A DNA stretch of 64,000 nt from sequence record NC_070998.1, one strand, 5' to 3'. The translations under genes were made by a program, and so were the position numbers. Shown one piece after another: positions 59,925 through 64,000 of this stretch. Numbering within the stretch: the stretch's first letter is position 1; every line of letters starts with the position of its first letter. The notes below the pieces were generated by a model, which did no database searches, was not told where the DNA came from, and saw only the letters and a list, made by a program, of their open reading frames with translations.

Positions 59925-61463
59925 ATGCAACTAGTTAACGCTCAAGTCGGTCTGACCAACCTGTACCCTGATCAAGTAATCCGTAATCCAGCAGTGAACA
60001 TGGATAACCAGGTCATCGATACCTTGGTTTCTGAGAATCTGCAAGGTGGTGTAAATGAACGTTCCCTGTTAACGGCTGCTGCTCTTTCAGGTGGACTTAA
60101 TGCTCAAGCTACTGGATTTGCTACTATCCAGAATGGTTGGAATGATAGCAAGGGTCTGATGAAACTGGATTTTATTGTTCAAGAATCTCCAGTGGCTGTT
60201 CAGTACATGCATGTGATTGGTTATATTCATAATAACAACTCACAAGGTCTTGACCTGAATGCTATATTTGTTCCGCAGTTCAGTTGGAAAAGTGAAGAAA
60301 GGATGGTGGGCTCTGGTTTGTTAGACACCCCAACAACCATTAAGCGCACCATCGGTCAACGCACCGATTACCTGATGAATGATGGTTCGGCTTCTGATCA
60401 AATGGTCACCATGCGTCCTGGTGACGTAGTGGAGTATGCGCTTAACAATGCAACTCAGCAATCCATTATCGATCAGATGGAAGCAGAAGGTCTGGAAGGA
60501 ATGACACCTGTTGGTACAGTAGCTGGTTCTAATATCTCACGTGTGGGTGCAATTGCATCCAAACGGGGCAACCTGAACCCAGCTGGTTATGCCGCAGACA
60601 TCCTGGGTGCCGGTCTATCTGTTCAGCGTGGGCAGAGAGTATACCAGGGCGGTACCGAAATGGATGGTGTTATCCAAGGTCATGGGGAAGGTTTGTTCGG
60701 AGAACTAGCGAACTCAGCTCACCAAGTAGGTGGTACTGAACCGGCTATCATGCGTGACAACTTCTTTGCTGAAATGTCATCAATGCTTGGTAATGTTCGG
60801 ATGGCTGGTTTTACCGGGTATACCATTAATGATCTACTGATGGTATTCGATAACCTGAACGAAGTACTTGACCTTACCTTGTTCGATGCCGAACAATACC
60901 GTGTGGATGATCTTTCTCTGAGTTGTGAAAGTATGGGTACTTCCCAGCTCGCCGAATTTGTTAGTCATGAAATCATGATGAACGTTATGGATCTGCTGAT
61001 CAAGTACGGTCTGACCACAATCTCTTTCCGTGGATCTAACTGTGATAACTTTGGCGGCGATGGTGGATTGAGTAACATTGTTATTCTTCCGTATAACGTA
61101 ACATCATTGACTGATAATGATTTTGACATGGGGTCTAAAGCAGAAGCTTTTGTAACCGCACTGACTAATCAGATCTTCACCAAACTCAATGGCATCAGTA
61201 TTAACCAACTCACCCCGATCCGTTTTGATGTCCACGCAGAGCTCTTTGGTACCACTACCATTAATATGTGTGTAGTGACCGAAGATAACATCTCAACCGG
61301 ATTCTCCATGAATGACGCTGGATCAGTCTCTGGGATGCAATCTCGCACCTTCCCGACCTTTGCTATTAACAACGCTTCCTCTATTCTGGGTAATGATTCT
61401 ACCGCTATCCAGATGGGTGCTAACTTCTATAGTAACATTAACGAATACTTCACCGGCTACTAA
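59925..61463 (+). CDS. PicA/Imp1-like phage-nucleus import factor (phiKZ gp69-like)
   Basis: 512 aa; I.NGW and TMRPGDV motifs; synteny. Confidence 0.65.
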   Translation: MQLVNAQVGLTNLYPDQVIRNPAVNMDNQVIDTLVSENLQGGVNERSLLTAAALSGGLNAQATGFATIQNGWNDSKGLMKLDFIVQESPVAVQYMHVIGYIHNNNSQGLDLNAIFVPQFSWKSEERMVGSGLLDTPTTIKRTIGQRTDYLMNDGSASDQMVTMRPGDVVEYALNNATQQSIIDQMEAEGLEGMTPVGTVAGSNISRVGAIASKRGNLNPAGYAADILGAGLSVQRGQRVYQGGTEMDGVIQGHGEGLFGELANSAHQVGGTEPAIMRDNFFAEMSSMLGNVRMAGFTGYTINDLLMVFDNLNEVLDLTLFDAEQYRVDDLSLSCESMGTSQLAEFVSHEIMMNVMDLLIKYGLTTISFRGSNCDNFGGDGGLSNIVILPYNVTSLTDNDFDMGSKAEAFVTALTNQIFTKLNGISINQLTPIRFDVHAELFGTTTINMCVVTEDNISTGFSMNDAGSVSGMQSRTFPTFAINNASSILGNDSTAIQMGANFYSNINEYFTGY

Positions 61464-61484
61464 TTTTAGATGTAAGGATTTACA

Positions 61485-63008
61485 ATGAACCAACTTAACA
61501 GTATTTACCAATCCATGCTCAAATCCTGGGGTGTAAGTTTCACTCCCGATCACGAACTGATCCTGAATATGGCTGGTCAAGAAGTTCCAGTTAAAGTAGA
61601 AGATAAGCAAGTCTATCTTCCCACTAACGATAACCTTAATGGTGTTACCATTGGTAAGGTATTCTTCCACCCTGCTTGTGAATCGGTAATGTCTAAGGAG
61701 ACTGAGATCTTCAAAGTTATCCGTAAACTTACCTGCGCTCGCATCTATCAAGTGTTCCAACCTATTGCACAAGTGTTGTTTGCTGTGGCTGGTAAGAAGA
61801 CTGGTAAAACTACTTCTGGTAAGATGCTGGAGAAACTGGAACCTTTTAAGAACGCTTCTAAAGAAGTTAAAGAAGACGTTCTTACTCTGATCAAAGGAAT
61901 TGGAATCACTCTGGAAGGCACAGGTATTGATAATCGTCTTATCAACTGGAATCTGATCAAAGGTGGTAAAGATGATCAAGATCGTCACGTTTACTATACT
62001 GCCATCCCAGATTACCCGTATTACCTGGAACTGTGCCGCATAGTAGCTCAAAACGATCATGTCAAACAAACAGGTCGTTTGAACTTCAACAACAACAACG
62101 TAAGTAAAGCTGCTATGGAGTTGGTGATTTATCTATTCGAGATGGTTTTCCCATCATGCCTGGATAACACTATAGCGAGTTACTCCGTGGTATCTCCTGA
62201 CGCCGCACGTTTAACTGCTTACCTGCACTCTTACGGCTTGGTAGTAAGTGAGCTCAATTCCCTGATCAGCAAGTTCCGTAAGGATTTCGATACCATTGGT
62301 ATTTATGGCATTGAACTAGACTGGCTGACTGAACTGGATTCATTGGGTGAATACAAAGGTCTTATTCCTCCCCTGGATTACAACAACTACAACGTAACCA
62401 CTTCTGGTGACAATGTAGGAAGTCGTGCTCCTAGTAAAGCTGTCACTACCTTTAACCTATTTGGTAATAACGCGACCCAACAAAACCAGCAACAACAAAC
62501 CAATACAGCTGTAAAGCAACCTAATGCTCCAGCGGCTCGTCCTGGTGAGCATTACATGGGATGTGACTACACCGAGTCCAATGGTGTATTTGAGTTTAAG
62601 TTCCAAATGCCTGGTGGTTTGATTCGTTCTGTATCAGTAACCGAAGATAACCGCATTATCAATGAGATTGTAATTAATCCTGCGATGAGTGCGATGAACG
62701 GTCTGGGGAATACTCCTCTCGGAGGTATGAATGATCCACGTTTGCTTATGGCTCTTGCTCAAATGCAAAACAATGGTATTCCTCCCCTGATGGGTATGGG
62801 GATGAATAATGGTGGTGGGTTTGTTCGTGACCCATATACTGGTCAAATGGTTCCTACCGGTGGTAATAACGGCTATAACAACAATGGTTATAACTCAGCA
62901 CCACTTGGTACCAATGACGCGTGGGGGAATAACAGCAATCAATATCAACCTATGGACGCTTATACAGCCACTGGCGCAGGTGGTACTGTAGGTGTAAATA
63001 ACTTCTAA
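61485..63008 (+). CDS. Conserved core protein (phiKZ gp70-like)
   Basis: 507 aa, VFFHPACE motif, Q/N/G/M-rich low-complexity tail; terminator at 63025..63054. Confidence 0.62.
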   Translation: MNQLNSIYQSMLKSWGVSFTPDHELILNMAGQEVPVKVEDKQVYLPTNDNLNGVTIGKVFFHPACESVMSKETEIFKVIRKLTCARIYQVFQPIAQVLFAVAGKKTGKTTSGKMLEKLEPFKNASKEVKEDVLTLIKGIGITLEGTGIDNRLINWNLIKGGKDDQDRHVYYTAIPDYPYYLELCRIVAQNDHVKQTGRLNFNNNNVSKAAMELVIYLFEMVFPSCLDNTIASYSVVSPDAARLTAYLHSYGLVVSELNSLISKFRKDFDTIGIYGIELDWLTELDSLGEYKGLIPPLDYNNYNVTTSGDNVGSRAPSKAVTTFNLFGNNATQQNQQQQTNTAVKQPNAPAARPGEHYMGCDYTESNGVFEFKFQMPGGLIRSVSVTEDNRIINEIVINPAMSAMNGLGNTPLGGMNDPRLLMALAQMQNNGIPPLMGMGMNNGGGFVRDPYTGQMVPTGGNNGYNNNGYNSAPLGTNDAWGNNSNQYQPMDAYTATGAGGTVGVNNF

Positions 63009-63069
63009 ACAACAATAAGGTAGACCTGTAAGTCAGCTAATGCTGACTTACAGGCTATTTTACCAATAT

Positions 63070-63408
63070 TTAATTTTCTCTTCTCACTCTAGTTACTTGG
63101 ATAACAGAGTTAATGTTTTCTCTAGTAACAGTCCAAATCCCTTTTAAGTGGGAGAAATCTTGATTAGGATTCTCTATTCCATTTAAATAAGAAATAGTCC
63201 AGATCATATCTTCAGGAATAAGACTATTCATTCCCCCCATACTCCTAAGTAGTTTATGAAAATTGTTGCGATAAGCGAACCGTAAACTATCATCTACAAA
63301 AGGAGAGAATGAAGCTCTAGCTAAAAGGATTTCTTTACAACTTCGAATAATAGTTTTGTATTCTTCAGTGTAGAAAAAAGAATTACCAGAGTTCATAGAA
63401 ATTGGCAT
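63070..63408 (-). CDS. Small conserved hypothetical protein
   Basis: 112 aa, AAGGA SD, convergent on the terminator. Confidence 0.6.
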   Translation of the reverse strand: MPISMNSGNSFFYTEEYKTIIRSCKEILLARASFSPFVDDSLRFAYRNNFHKLLRSMGGMNSLIPEDMIWTISYLNGIENPNQDFSHLKGIWTVTRENINSVIQVTRVRREN

Positions 63409-63498
63409 GACAAAAGTTTCCTTTTATTAATTTTTTACAAGCCCTATAATATTTCAGACCGATATTATTAGAATGTAATTCTAGGGAGATATTTAAAA

Positions 63499-64000
63499 AT
63501 GAAAGACAAGAAACCTAAAAACCAACTTACCCATAGAACAAATGGTCTAGCGGTCGGGCTGAACGCATGTAAAGTCTCTTCATCACCTGCTAGATTATAC
63601 ATGCTTTCGAAAAATCTCGGCAAAGCGGCGGTAGTCTGGCATCCGACAAATAGGAAGTTTAGCGCTGGCGATGAAGTCGAGTATGGGAAGACTGCTCGAA
63701 AAGTAGAAGCAGAGTCTGATGTGGAAGTTGAGGCTATTTTCTTTCCACGTAATATCCTTAACACCACCGAGCCTAATCTTTGGGGTAAAGTAAACGTTAT
63801 AGTTCGTAATCTAGAAACAGGAATCTATGACGTGATTGAACTGGAAAAGTTCAATACTCAAAACATGGATTTGGGATTCGAGTACAAATACGATGATGAT
63901 CTACTTCGTAGTATCAAACCTGGTAGTCAATATCGTAAAGGGACTGTGTTTGGACAATCAGCTCGTATTTCTGAGAGTAATGAATGGTGTCCAGGTATTG
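63499..64000 (+). CDS. nvRNAP beta C-terminal subunit (phiKZ gp71-73-like), partial
   Basis: ATG at 63499 after GGGAG, open to window end; SSPARLYMLSKNLGKA aligns with the beta D.NR..M..NMQRQA region; promoter-like CCGATATTAT at 63459. Confidence 0.75.
   Translation, partial: MKDKKPKNQLTHRTNGLAVGLNACKVSSSPARLYMLSKNLGKAAVVWHPTNRKFSAGDEVEYGKTARKVEAESDVEVEAIFFPRNILNTTEPNLWGKVNVIVRNLETGIYDVIELEKFNTQNMDLGFEYKYDDDLLRSIKPGSQYRKGTVFGQSARISESNEWCPGI

Noticed and set aside
61323-62069. 248-aa minus-strand ORF
   Set aside because: Antisense to two core genes, no supporting signals
1-64000. CRISPR array, reverse transcriptase/retron/DGR, IS elements, rRNA
   Set aside because: No regularly spaced repeats, no YxDD RT, no transposase or rRNA signatures seen

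Overview
This window is 64 kb of a nucleus-forming, phiKZ-like jumbo phage (Chimalliviridae); an Enterobacterales host is suggested only by the tailspike N-terminus. In order it contains: a late morphogenesis block (tail tube, sheath, three virion proteins, terminase with a class 3 LAGLIDADG intein); a tailspike cassette and thymidylate kinase; a tRNA/ncRNA island with a ~620-nt ornate RNA; ~12 kb of early hypothetical genes, including minimal kinase-like ORFs; and the conserved core block (PhuZ, DNA polymerase, chimallin, nvRNAP beta-prime, SbcD-like nuclease, and ChmC-, gp68- and PicA-like genes, ending in partial nvRNAP beta). The most notable observations are: (1) the RNAP catalytic NADFDGD motif is split by two group I introns around a 9-nt micro-exon; (2) HNH genes sit between a truncated 5' stub and a recoded intact copy of the same gene (ChmC-like, Tad1-like, and apparently a tRNA); (3) 121-137 aa kinase-like proteins stop at the DFG motif; (4) a large structured ncRNA of unknown class; (5) an adjacent Tad1-like/Acb1-like anti-defence pair. 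All homology calls come from recalled motifs and synteny; no searches were run, and phiKZ gene numbers are synteny-based.
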